Positions 27,850 to 37,359 of a DNA stretch of 39,782 nucleotides are shown piece after piece. The notes below the pieces were generated by a model. The model was not told the DNA's origin and made no database searches. It saw only the letters and a list, made by a program, of their open reading frames with translations. The DNA lies in sequence record NZ_CP071287.1, one strand, 5' to 3'. Each line of letters begins with the position of its first letter. The stretch's first letter is position 1. The position numbers were made by a program, and so were the translations under genes. The DNA is from a plasmid.

Positions 27850-28156
27850 TTAGACATAAAAAAAGCACCGTATGAATCAAACAATTTTACGGTGTTTTTT
27901 TTATGTCTAATGTATGGTTTGTTGAAAATATGTACACATTATTTAACTTTCCAAAAAATTGGAGCTTTTCGTAAATTTCTGTTTTTGTGGTTTTTGACAA
28001 TATGACAATATTTAGTATGGAATAAAAAATTATTTTCGAAAAATGTAGTTCATTTTATGTCTAACTATTTGATGGTAGTCCAGAAATGGACTCGTTAGAT
28101 TTGAAAGCCTTACTAAACAAAAGCCAAGAAAAATTAAAAGAGGAAAAAGCTATCAA

Positions 28157-28444
28157 GTGTTTATGGAAAATATAGATATTTATCTTGATTCTAATGAGGT
28201 TAGATTAGAAATAAAAAAACTGCTTCAAGATACTAAAGATTATTTACTTCAAGGAGTCTTTGATGTTTTTGATGCTAATCGTTATCTTAGAGGTAATATT
28301 TATTTTCTAGTTCATCAAGGGAGTCAATTAAATGATTATGAACGAAAGATTCTAAAATCATTTAAAAATAAACCATATTTAAAAAATATCATTACAATCA
28401 TTAGTATTTGTGTGATATCATACTTAATCTTTAAGTATATTTAA
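28157..28444 (+). CDS. hypothetical small protein with one C-terminal TM segment (95 aa)
   Basis: A TTGACA-N17-TATGGA promoter lies at about 27998..28026. An overlapping 29-codon ORF (MDSLDLKALLNKSQEKLKEEKAIKCLWKI) sits in another frame immediately upstream. Confidence 0.45.
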   Translation: MFMENIDIYLDSNEVRLEIKKLLQDTKDYLLQGVFDVFDANRYLRGNIYFLVHQGSQLNDYERKILKSFKNKPYLKNIITIISICVISYLIFKYI

Positions 28445-28469
28445 GTGATAAAAGTTTCATAATTAGTAT

Positions 28470-28505
28470 GAAAAAAATAGAAGAGCATGTGCTCTTCTAT
28501 TTTTT
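28470..28505. terminator. perfect palindromic bidirectional terminator aaaaaatagaagagca-tgt-gctcttctatttttt
   Basis: 11-bp stem flanked by an A-tract and a T-tract, between convergent genes. Confidence 0.8.
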
Positions 28506-30557
28506 ATCATACCTCAATCCCATCGCGTTGATTGAGACAATCACGGTTGAGATTGACATCAGGACTGCTGCAATGAGAGGGTCAATATAAATCCCTGTAA
28601 ATGGATAAAGAATACCCGCTGCAACAGGAATAGCAATAATGTTATAGCCTGCTCCAAACCAGAGGTTTTGTTTCATTTTTCTAAGCATGCGTTTGGAGAT
28701 ATTAATCATATCCAAGACGTCACTTGGATTGGAGTTAACTAGGACGACATCAGCGGTACTGATAGCAACCGAAGTTCCTGCTCCAATCGCAAAACCAATC
28801 GTAGCAGTTGCAAGAGCTGGGGAATCATTGACACCATCACCAATGAAAAGCACGCCGGCTTTCTTTTGGTACTCTTTCACAATTTCTGCTTTATCTTCAG
28901 GTTTTAATTCCGCTCTAAATTCGGGAATATTTAGTGCACTAGCAATTTTTTGAGCAGTTTCTTTATTATCACCCGTGAGCATAACAGGGGTAATTCCTTG
29001 GGCTAATAAACCATTAATAAAGGCTTTCGCGTCTGCTTTAGGAGAATCTCCTAAGGCAATAAATCCTAAAACATCTTGTTGTTCATTGATTAGGAAAGAT
29101 ACAGTTAAACCTAAATCTAAATATTGAGCAATCTTTTGTTCATCATAAGAAAGTTGATTTTCACGAAGATATTTATAGTTAACAATTTGATAAAAGTTTT
29201 GATTAACTTGCCCTTTAATTCCAACTCCTGGAATATTTTCAACCGCTTCAACTTTTAGATTTTCAAGAGGTTTAGCAGCTGCAACGATTGATTGAGCAAT
29301 CGGGTGAGTGGAACTTCCTTCAAGTGCTGCCATGATTTGGAGAGTGTCTGTTTCATCAGTAAAATCAATAACATTACGAACAATAAACTTACCGTCAGTT
29401 AATGTTCCCGTTTTATCCATTAAGGCATATTTAATTGTATTTATTTTTTCTAGAGAAGTTCTGTTTTGAATTAATAAACCATTTTTAGCAGAAATACTGG
29501 TTAGGCGAGAAACAACAAGTGGAACCGCAAGACCTAAAGCGTGTGGACATGCAATTACAAAAACAGAAACCGCAAGAAGTAGAGCAAAACTAAAGTTAGA
29601 ACTAATTGTCCAAAAAATTAATGAGAAGATACCGACAATAAGTGCGGCATAGAAAAGGTAACCAGCCACTCTATCTGCCATATTTTCCAAATTAGATTTT
29701 TGAGCTTGGGCTTTCTTGACTAATTCGGCCACTTGATTGAGAAATGAATCTTTTCCAAGGGTTGTGACTTTCATCTCAAATGGTTGGTTTTGATTGAGGG
29801 AACCACCATAAACAAGGTCATTTGTTTTTTTATTGACTGCTCGGCTTTCACCAGTAATCATTGACTCATCAACGAGCGCTTCACTTAATATAAGGCCATC
29901 TGCAGGTATTTTCTCATTTTCTTTCACTAAAAGTAAATCGCCAACTTTTAGTTCTGAAAGCTCCACATCCTTCCCGCTTTTTAAGTGAGCTTTTTTGGGA
30001 ACAAGGCTTGCTAAATCTTTCAACGCATCGCCAGCACCCATGATTGCTTTCATCTCAATCAGGTGACCAATCAACATAATGACAATTAAAGTTGCCAGTT
30101 CAAACCAGAAGTTCATGCCCATATGTCCGTTAAGACTCATGATTGTGGCGTAAACAGAATAAGCATAGGCAACGGTAATTCCCATTGTAATCAGCATCAT
30201 CATGGCTGGCTTACGGCTTTTTAATTCACCTTTTGCTCCGCTAAAAAAAGGAGTCCCAGAGTAAAAGAAGATAATTGTACCAAGGATGAGTTGCAAAATT
30301 TCACTTCCGGGGAATTTAAGGATAGTAAAGCCCGCGATTGGTGAAATGAGTAGAAGCGGAATCATAAGAATGATAGCCACTTTGAGCTTTTTACTCATAT
30401 CACCCATATGCATCATGTGTCCTCCATGATTCATCATATCCATATTGTGCATGTTGTGCATCTCATGGTTTTCGTGCTCCATATCCATCATTTCATGATT
30501 ATGATGATGCTCAGCCATCATTTCATCGTGATTAGACGAATGAGTTTTATTTGACAT
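28497..30557 (-). CDS. copB: CopB-type P1B copper-translocating ATPase, 686 aa, with a His/Met-rich N-terminus and a CPH motif
   Basis: MMAEHHHNHEMMDMEHENHEMHNMHNM… N-terminus, the CPH motif in TM6 (FVIACPHALGLAVP), and DKTGTLT, GDGVND. Confidence 0.85.
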   Translation of the reverse strand: MSNKTHSSNHDEMMAEHHHNHEMMDMEHENHEMHNMHNMDMMNHGGHMMHMGDMSKKLKVAIILMIPLLLISPIAGFTILKFPGSEILQLILGTIIFFYSGTPFFSGAKGELKSRKPAMMMLITMGITVAYAYSVYATIMSLNGHMGMNFWFELATLIVIMLIGHLIEMKAIMGAGDALKDLASLVPKKAHLKSGKDVELSELKVGDLLLVKENEKIPADGLILSEALVDESMITGESRAVNKKTNDLVYGGSLNQNQPFEMKVTTLGKDSFLNQVAELVKKAQAQKSNLENMADRVAGYLFYAALIVGIFSLIFWTISSNFSFALLLAVSVFVIACPHALGLAVPLVVSRLTSISAKNGLLIQNRTSLEKINTIKYALMDKTGTLTDGKFIVRNVIDFTDETDTLQIMAALEGSSTHPIAQSIVAAAKPLENLKVEAVENIPGVGIKGQVNQNFYQIVNYKYLRENQLSYDEQKIAQYLDLGLTVSFLINEQQDVLGFIALGDSPKADAKAFINGLLAQGITPVMLTGDNKETAQKIASALNIPEFRAELKPEDKAEIVKEYQKKAGVLFIGDGVNDSPALATATIGFAIGAGTSVAISTADVVLVNSNPSDVLDMINISKRMLRKMKQNLWFGAGYNIIAIPVAAGILYPFTGIYIDPLIAAVLMSISTVIVSINAMGLRYDKK

Positions 30558-30599
30558 ATTTTCCTCCTAAATGAATGCTTTGAAATTTCTATCTATATA

Positions 30600-30619
30600 T
30601 AGTTTACAATTGTAAACTA
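30600..30619. promoter_or_regulatory. cop box: perfect palindrome TAGTTTACAATTGTAAACTA containing TACAnnTGTA (CopY/CopR-type operator) upstream of copB
   Basis: Matches the CopY/CopR operator consensus TACAnnTGTA. No copY/copR/copZ genes are present on the plasmid. Confidence 0.7.
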
Positions 30620-30664
30620 TCAAAGTCAAGGGAAAAGAATGAGTTACGAAGAATAAAAAAATAG

Positions 30665-31473
30665 GGTTCTGTTGCAAAGTTTTAAATCTACTATCAAATA
30701 AGGTAGAATAATAGAAAAAGATAGCAGGAGGAATGACGACGAATCATTTTAAAGGAAAGCAATTTCAGCAGGATGTGATTATTGTAGCCGTGGGCTACTA
30801 TCTTCGTTATAACCTTAGCTATCGTGAAGTTCAAGAAATCTTATATGATCGTGGCATTAACGTTTCTCATACGACGATTTATCGTTGGGTGCAAGAATAT
30901 GGCAAACTACTCTATCAAATTTGGAAAAAGAAAAATAAAAAATCCTTTTATTCCTGGAAAATGGATGAAACGTACATCAAAATTAAAGGAAAATGGCATT
31001 ATTTGTATCGAGCCATCGATGCAGATGGTTTAACCTTGGATATTTGGTTACGTAAAAAACGGGACACACAAGCAGCCTATGCTTTTCTTAAGCGGTTAGT
31101 GAAGCAGTTTGATGAACCGAAGGTTGTAGTCACAGATAAATCCCCCTCTATTACAAGTGCCTTTAAGAAACTAAAAGAATACGGCTTTTATCAAGGGACA
31201 GAACATCGTACCATTAAATACCTGAATAATTTGATTGAACAAGACCATCGTCCAGTAAAGAGACGCAATAAATTCTATCGAAGTTTACGCACTGCCTCAC
31301 CCACGATTAAAGGCATGGAAGCCATCCGAGGATTATATAAGAAAACCCGAAAAGAAGGCACTCTCTTCGGGTTTTCGGTCTGTACTGAAATCAAGGTATT
31401 ATTGGGAATCCCAGATTAAATCATAGATACCGTAAGGGATTTTATTCTTTATTTAAAACTTTGCAACAGAACC
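30665..31473 (+). mobile_element. IS1216 copy 2, 809 bp
   Basis: Terminal IRs are present. The 8 bp immediately to the right (31474..31481) is CACTAGAC. Confidence 0.9.
30733..31419 (+). CDS. tnp: IS1216 transposase
   Basis: Near-identical to 3356..4042. Confidence 0.9.
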   Translation: MTTNHFKGKQFQQDVIIVAVGYYLRYNLSYREVQEILYDRGINVSHTTIYRWVQEYGKLLYQIWKKKNKKSFYSWKMDETYIKIKGKWHYLYRAIDADGLTLDIWLRKKRDTQAAYAFLKRLVKQFDEPKVVVTDKSPSITSAFKKLKEYGFYQGTEHRTIKYLNNLIEQDHRPVKRRNKFYRSLRTASPTIKGMEAIRGLYKKTRKEGTLFGFSVCTEIKVLLGIPD

Positions 31474-31680
31474 CACTAGACTTATTTACTACGTTTCATA
31501 AGTCATTAATGCGTGTGCTCTGCGAGGCTAGTTTTTGTGCAAGCACAAAAAATGGACTGAATAAATCAGTCCATAAGTTCAAAACCAAATTCAAAATCAA
31601 AACACCAGCAACCAAAAATGGTAGTTGCTATAAACTTATAAATATCATAATTACTTAAGTTTATGAAAGTTATTTTAGAT

Positions 31681-32328
31681 TTAAATCCATTCATTTACAC
31701 TATCAACCATATTTTGAAATTCACTCATAAATAATGAAACATGGTAACCATCACATACCGCATGATGAACTTGCAATGAGACTGGTAAATAGATCTTATT
31801 ATTCTTACTATAAAATTTACCCATTGTAATAATTGGCAATAGGAATCTACTATTATTACCAATATTTAAATTAAATGAACTAAAATCAATCCAAGGAATC
31901 ATCGAAATAGGAACTGTGTTTTCAGGTATTGGTTTTTTAGGAAACATTTCATTTTTATCTTTATATTCAAGTAAGTCACTCTTATAACTATTATAAAAAG
32001 AATTAAAACTAACATTTGATTCTGTCCAAATGTTAGAAAATTTTTCAGTTTCTTTATTAAAGACTGTATATAAAGGGTTTAATTTGTCCCAATAACCCAA
32101 ATTTCCCTCACTATTAATTCCTGTTCTAAATACTTTATTTTGATTTATAATATTTACAATTATATAAATCAAAGCAGGATACAGTTTATATCCTTTATTT
32201 TTTATCATACTTTTAAGTAAAGTGATATCAAATTCTTTAGTAACACTGTAAGTTGTTTGTTGATTGAAATAATGATTAAAATATTCTTTTCTATCCCAAG
32301 TTTCCAAATTAATAATATTAAAAGTCAT
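31681..32328 (-). CDS. cat: chloramphenicol acetyltransferase (classical CatA, pC194/pC221 type), 215 aa
   Basis: …[16 protein letters not shown]… active-site His motif. Full-length alignment to staphylococcal CAT proteins. Confidence 0.9.
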   Translation of the reverse strand: MTFNIINLETWDRKEYFNHYFNQQTTYSVTKEFDITLLKSMIKNKGYKLYPALIYIIVNIINQNKVFRTGINSEGNLGYWDKLNPLYTVFNKETEKFSNIWTESNVSFNSFYNSYKSDLLEYKDKNEMFPKKPIPENTVPISMIPWIDFSSFNLNIGNNSRFLLPIITMGKFYSKNNKIYLPVSLQVHHAVCDGYHVSLFMSEFQNMVDSVNEWI

Positions 32329-32336
32329 ATATAATT

Positions 32337-32398
32337 TTCCTCCTAAATTTCATCTTATCTCTTTGTATTTAGGAGGAATAATCCTCTGATTTTTTCAT
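32337..32398 (-). promoter_or_regulatory. cat translational attenuator: 9-codon leader ORF MKKSEDYSS (32369..32398), and the inverted repeat ttcctcctaaa/tttaggaggaa that sequesters the cat RBS
   Basis: The cat RBS AGGAGG (complement of 32339..32344) pairs with the leader coding region 32369..32378. Confidence 0.8.
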
Positions 32399-32462
32399 AT
32401 ATTGTGTCACCTCTTAAACGTTAATTATACTAAAGTAACATTTTGTATAAAACAAAGTTACT

Positions 32463-32747
32463 TTACTTCCAAAATCTAAATTCACGTTGCCAAAAATCAA
32501 TCTGCTTTTGCAATTGTTTTTCGTTCGCTTTTAAAGTCGATTTCATTAAATCAGTTAAATCAATTAGAGATATTTCTTTAATTAATTTTTTATATTTATT
32601 CTTAGTACGTCTTTCTAATTTTCCCCATTCTTCTTCATCATTCAACAACATAAAAACCATTGCTCTATCAGAAGTACGTTCGATAGTTTTCCAATCTGGT
32701 TGTAATATATGTAAATCATTAAAACAATCGTTCCAATAATCAACCAT
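32463..32747 (-). CDS. hypothetical 94-aa protein upstream of cat, with a weak RBS; possibly a remnant of the original cat-plasmid backbone
   Basis: ORF only. No recognisable motifs. Confidence 0.35.
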   Translation of the reverse strand: MVDYWNDCFNDLHILQPDWKTIERTSDRAMVFMLLNDEEEWGKLERRTKNKYKKLIKEISLIDLTDLMKSTLKANEKQLQKQIDFWQREFRFWK

Positions 32748-32897
32748 ATCTCTTTTTAATTCAATTTTTATTTTTATTATTTTTAATCTCTTTAAATATC
32801 TTTACGCACGTATATAGACTTCATAATTTTAAAATTATATAGACTTCACAACACAATATTTCGGTACAACTTCCATGTAAAGTATAACACACTAGAC

Positions 32898-33706
32898 GGT
32901 TCTGTTGCAAAGTTTTAAATCTACTATCAAATAAGGTAGAATAATAGAAAAAGATAGCAGGAGGAATGACGATGAATCATTTTAAAGGAAAGCAATTTCA
33001 GCAGGATGTGATTATTGTAGCCGTGGGCTACTATCTTCGTTATAACCTTAGCTATCGTGAAGTTCAAGAAATCTTATATGATCGTGGCATTAACGTTTCT
33101 CATACGACGATTTATCGTTGGGTGCAAGAATATGGCAAACTACTCTATCAAATTTGGAAAAAGAAAAATAAAAAATCCTTTTATTCATGGAAAATGGATG
33201 AAACGTACATCAAAATTAAAGGAAAATGGCATTATTTGTATCGAGCCATCGATGCAGATGGTTTAACCTTGGATATTTGGTTACGTAAAAAACGGGACAC
33301 ACAAGCAGCCTATGCTTTTCTTAAGCGGTTAGTGAAGCAGTTTGATGAACCGAAGGTTGTAGTCACAGATAAAGCCCCCTCTATTACAAGTGCCTTTAAG
33401 AAACTAAAAGAATACGGCTTTTATCAAGGGACAGAACATCGTACCATTAAATACCTGAATAATTTGATTGAACAAGACCATCGTCCAGTAAAGAGACGCA
33501 ATAAATTCTATCGAAGTTTACGCACTGCCTCACCCACGATTAAAGGTATGGAAGCCATCCGAGGATTATATAAGAAAACCCGAAAAGAAGGCACTCTCTT
33601 CGGGTTTTCGGTCTGTACTGAAATCAAGGTATTATTGGGAATCCCAGCTTAAATCATAGATACCGTAAGGGATTTTATTCTTTATTTAAAACTTTGCAAC
33701 AGAACC
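32898..33706 (+). mobile_element. IS1216 copy 3, 809 bp
   Basis: Terminal IRs are present. The 8 bp immediately to the left (32890..32897) is CACTAGAC, identical to the right flank of copy 2. Confidence 0.9.
32966..33652 (+). CDS. tnp: IS1216 transposase
   Basis: Near-identical to 3356..4042. Confidence 0.9.
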   Translation: MTMNHFKGKQFQQDVIIVAVGYYLRYNLSYREVQEILYDRGINVSHTTIYRWVQEYGKLLYQIWKKKNKKSFYSWKMDETYIKIKGKWHYLYRAIDADGLTLDIWLRKKRDTQAAYAFLKRLVKQFDEPKVVVTDKAPSITSAFKKLKEYGFYQGTEHRTIKYLNNLIEQDHRPVKRRNKFYRSLRTASPTIKGMEAIRGLYKKTRKEGTLFGFSVCTEIKVLLGIPA

Positions 33707-34582
33707 GATTGGTCTTATTATCCACAAGAACCATCCGCTAACGATAGCGAAAATAGGAATGCTTATCTTCACGAATTAGGGAAAATTACTAATAGGAGTA
33801 GATTTGTCGATGGTTTAAATGTTGATGCTCCTTATACTACAACTGCTCACTATTGGTTAATTAAACAAATGGTTAATGCCGACGAATGGCGAATGATTAG
33901 TGATGATGACTTCTCTATTAGAAACGCCTTTTATAGAGTATTCACGAAAGAATTAAGGTTGAGCGATGCACATCATTTTATTTGCCAAGTTAACAAGACG
34001 AAAAGCAGAAAACAATGCTTAAAAGAATTCGGACAAGCAAAAGCAGAACTGCTCGATTGGGGAGATATCAGAGGATTCAAAACAAAGTTTCTACGGACTT
34101 TGGCATCTCATTATCTAACTGAATTACTAACAAGTCATCAATTCCACGAAGAGGCTATTAGTAAAGATGGAGAAAGATATCGCAAATATGCCGATAACCC
34201 TATCAAACATCCATTAGCCACTAAGGATAAAGGATTTTATTCAGTTGATTGTAGAACGGATTTATCTGCTCTGGAACCAAACGAAATCGCAAAGATGCTA
34301 TTAAATGTTAATGACCATTCGACCAATAGCTTTATTCAACAGATAAGACGTTATATATCATCTCTTGAAAGACCATTAACAACAGCTCGTGGTGATAAGA
34401 AGAGCTATATTTACGCTAACTTCAATCCGAAGTATGCTCAATTTGCGATTACAATTCTAAGAACTTACTACAACTTTTGTCGCCCTTTTAAATCAGCGGA
34501 TAAAAAGGTTTTGACACCTGCTCAAAGATTAGGGATTACAGATAAACAATTTGATTGGAAAGATATAATTTATTTCAAATGA
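33707..34582 (+). pseudogene. hypothetical protein, 5'-truncated by IS1216. The reading frame is open from the first base after the IS right IR (DWSYYPQEPSAND…), so the listed ATG at 33869 is internal.
   Basis: The in-frame extension 33707..33868 has no stop. At least 291 codons remain. No assignable domain. Confidence 0.55.
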
Positions 34583-34585
34583 CAA

Positions 34586-34613
34586 AAAGAGCTTGGAGTA
34601 ATCCCAAGCTCTT
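34586..34613. terminator. bidirectional terminator agagcttgg-N6-ccaagctct between the convergent genes
   Basis: 9-bp stem. Confidence 0.6.
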
Positions 34614-34653
34614 GTGCTTTATCTTTACTGTTCTTCTTCAATTAACGCACCCG

Positions 34654-35151
34654 TTAACTCAATAAGTTTTTTCTTTCATATACATGAAAATAGTAGTTAT
34701 ACGGATTTTTATCATTCTTTATCCCTTTTTGGGCAAATACCTCATTCCATTCCTCATAATTCACTTCTGGAAAAAAAGTATCTCCTTCGAATTCATGATG
34801 TATTTTTGTGATGTACATTTTCTCAACATAAGGGAAAAACAAATTATAAATCTGTTCTCCTCCGAAAATAAAAATTTCTTCTTCGTTTTTACATAACTCA
34901 AAAACATCTTCTATTGAATGAACAATTTCACAACCATTAAAGGTAAACCCCTTATCTCTCGTCAGAATAATATTTCTTCTGTCAGGTAAGGCTCTTCCGA
35001 TTGATTCAAGGTTCTTCCTACCTAATATTATCGGATGTCCCTTTGTAGTATTTTTAACATATTCCCAGTCCTTGGGAATCCTCCAAGGAATGTCATTCTC
35101 TTTGCCAATCACTCTATTCTTATCCATCGCAGCAATCAAAGAAACTTTCAT
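34654..35151 (-). CDS. dfrG: trimethoprim-resistant dihydrofolate reductase DfrG, 165 aa
   Basis: DHFR fold motifs (…LIAAMDKNRVIGKENDIPWR…). Length and sequence match DfrG. Confidence 0.85.
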   Translation of the reverse strand: MKVSLIAAMDKNRVIGKENDIPWRIPKDWEYVKNTTKGHPIILGRKNLESIGRALPDRRNIILTRDKGFTFNGCEIVHSIEDVFELCKNEEEIFIFGGEQIYNLFFPYVEKMYITKIHHEFEGDTFFPEVNYEEWNEVFAQKGIKNDKNPYNYYFHVYERKNLLS

Positions 35152-35447
35152 TTATAACACAGCCTTTTTAACTAATTTACCATCTAATTTCTTATTTCTA
35201 TCAAAAAACCTTTTCTCATTATCCTGCCCGTTAGTTGAATAAGCAATTTTTTCTATAAGTTATATTATCATAATACCACAAAATCACAAATTTTCATTCA
35301 ATTATCATTTTCAATTGCATTTTATAAATCATTTTGTATGTAATTTGGTATGTAAGTTAAAATGAAAAAAGTAGTCCATTTTGAAGTACATTTTGTCATT
35401 TTGTACTCCAAAACTGAACTACTTACTTTTTTTGCTAGGCTTTTTTT

Positions 35448-35813
35448 TTACATTTCTTTAATTTTCAAATTTTTTATTTCCCACTCAAACCATTCGCTAA
35501 AATCTTGTTTAAAGCCGTTAATAGAATATTGCTCTTGTTCTTCTGCTTCTTTATCGTTTTGAGGGTCTAAGTAGGTCGGTTTATCTTTTGGTCTTGCGTA
35601 TACACCTATCCATGTTTTAAAATCGCCCTCAAAACTGCTATCTATGATAAAGCCTTGCTCTTTTAGCTCTTCTCTTACTTGAGCTTTTAGATATTGCTGT
35701 TCTTGTGTTCCATAAAACCCATTTTCTGTAAAATCTTCTAATTGTAATTTTTTTGTTTTTTCCATTTTCTTTTCCTCTTTTCTTTTTTTGATTTTTAGTT
35801 TTTTGACAACCAT
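35448..35813 (-). CDS. hypothetical acidic, Trp-rich protein, paralogue B; the likely start is the second Met (MEKTKKLQLEDF…, about 35765), giving 105 aa
   Basis: Homologous over the full length to 10283..10600 (…QYLKAQVREELKEQGFIIDSSFE…WIGVYARPKDKPTYLDPQ…QYSINGFKQDFSEWFEWEIKN). Confidence 0.7.
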   Translation of the reverse strand: MVVKKLKIKKRKEEKKMEKTKKLQLEDFTENGFYGTQEQQYLKAQVREELKEQGFIIDSSFEGDFKTWIGVYARPKDKPTYLDPQNDKEAEEQEQYSINGFKQDFSEWFEWEIKNLKIKEM

Positions 35814-36030
35814 TTTTGTTAGGCGTTTGAGGAAGTGAAGCTGTTTTCCTCATGTTTTAAAAGCTAGAAATAAATTACAGTGTACGCTCCTTTCTTTTTT
35901 CGTTTTGTTGGTTCATTTTCGCCAGTGTGTTCGTGTCGTTTGCTGTGACGAGAACGCAACATAGACACAAAGAAAACACAAGGGCGAGCTTGCTCGTTTA
36001 TATACCCTTGTGTTTTCGACTGGATATGTT
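35814..36030 (-). promoter_or_regulatory. conserved structured leader of paralogue B: hairpin 35972..36017 (13-bp stem, 20-nt loop), 13-codon uORF 35875..35916 (MNQQNEKRKERTL) and a GAAGTGAAG box
   Basis: See the leader of paralogue A. The stem covaries, the loop core is conserved, and the uORF is conserved in position. Confidence 0.6.
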
Positions 36031-36151
36031 AAGGTAACAAACAGTAAATGGCACGTTACAGACTGCAAAATGTACCAACTGAAAAAAGAAAGAATACAGT
36101 TGTGTGCTTTATTTCTCGATCAGCTTTTAAAAAATGAGGAAATGTTTTTAT

Positions 36152-36200
36152 AAAAAAAGAGTAGTTACCGTTTTTTGGTAACTACTCTTTTACTTTTTTA
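36152..36200. terminator. bidirectional terminator agagtagttacc-gtttttt-ggtaactactct with a T-run, downstream of the zeta gene
   Basis: 12-bp perfect stem. Confidence 0.75.
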
Positions 36201-36204
36201 AGGT

Positions 36205-37068
36205 TTAAATCCCTGGAAGTTTAGGTGTTTTGGGTATTGGTGGTGTAGGTGGCTGCAAGCTTTCCATTTTTTGTTGAATTGCTTTAAATTCAGGGGTTTC
36301 TTGGTGTTGATTTTGAACCATTTTTTGCTCTATTCTCTCCAAAGTCGGTTGAATTTCTTTCCCTGATACTTTACGATTTAATTCTCTTTCTAAGGTCTCT
36401 TTCGGACTAATGGAAGGCGTTTCTAAGCTTGAATAGAGTTTCACTCCTTCTCTATTGTAAAGCCTTATATCGCTAAATAAGCCCGTTTTATGAAGGGTTT
36501 CTAAATTGGTCGGTAAGTTTTTGACAACAATATCATGCGCTTGTTTTGGTGTTGCCCTGGCTGTCATTGGATCATCTGCATACATAGTTTCATACCGTTC
36601 AATTGTTCCTAAATATGAGTTGATTTTAGGTACTGCCATGACATACATTTTTGTTTCATAATCTTTGGCTTGAAGCATTGTTGCGGTTTGAATAGGAACG
36701 TCTGTTGTTCGTCCTGTACCTTCAATCACTAAATTATACCCTTTATCTCTCAAACGGCTTATGATCGCTTCTGTCATGCGATTAGAATAAGGGGTAACGT
36801 ATTTTACTACGTCTTTTTCATAAAGTTTCACTAGTTCATCAAAATTAGGGTGCTGTTGTTTGAACGTATCATTATCAATGATAACAACATTTCCTTGTGT
36901 CTCTTCGGAAATTGCCGATCGCAAACTAGTTTTACCTGATCCTGGTTGCCCACCAAGTAAAAAAGCGGTTGGCGATTCAACCGCTAGTCTATTTTTAGTT
37001 AGTCGTTCAACATTCTTTTCTAAACGATCTTCAAATTGCTTTTCGGTGAAGTCAGTAATATTCGCCAT
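36205..37068 (-). CDS. zeta: zeta toxin (UNAG kinase) of the omega-epsilon-zeta system, 287 aa
   Basis: Walker A motif GGQPGSGKT. Full-length match to Inc18 zeta. Confidence 0.95.
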
Positions 37069-37069
37069 G

Positions 37070-37342
37070 TTAAGCCACTTTCTCTTTTGTCAAAATTTGT
37101 TTTGAATATTGATTCATTGACCGCCAATACTCATGAATAGCTTGTAATTCTTCAAATGGTTGTTGAAATAAATCAACTTCTTGTGCCACTTCTAATTGAT
37201 TTAAAAGATTCACTTCTAGTAAACGAGTATTTTTAGTATCTAGTTCATGGTTCAAAACATAGTTTAATACTCGATTATAAACGCTTGCCGATAATTCGTT
37301 AATGATCTCTATTTCAAATGTTTTTTCATACGTAACTGCCAT
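37070..37342 (-). CDS. epsilon: epsilon antitoxin, 90 aa
   Basis: [35 protein letters not shown]…. Confidence 0.95.
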
Positions 37343-37359
37343 TTCATTTTCACTCCTTT

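Noticed and set aside
31461-31658. 65-aa ORF downstream of IS1216 copy 2
   Set aside because: It starts inside the IS right end and runs through the cat 3' flank. It has no RBS and low complexity.
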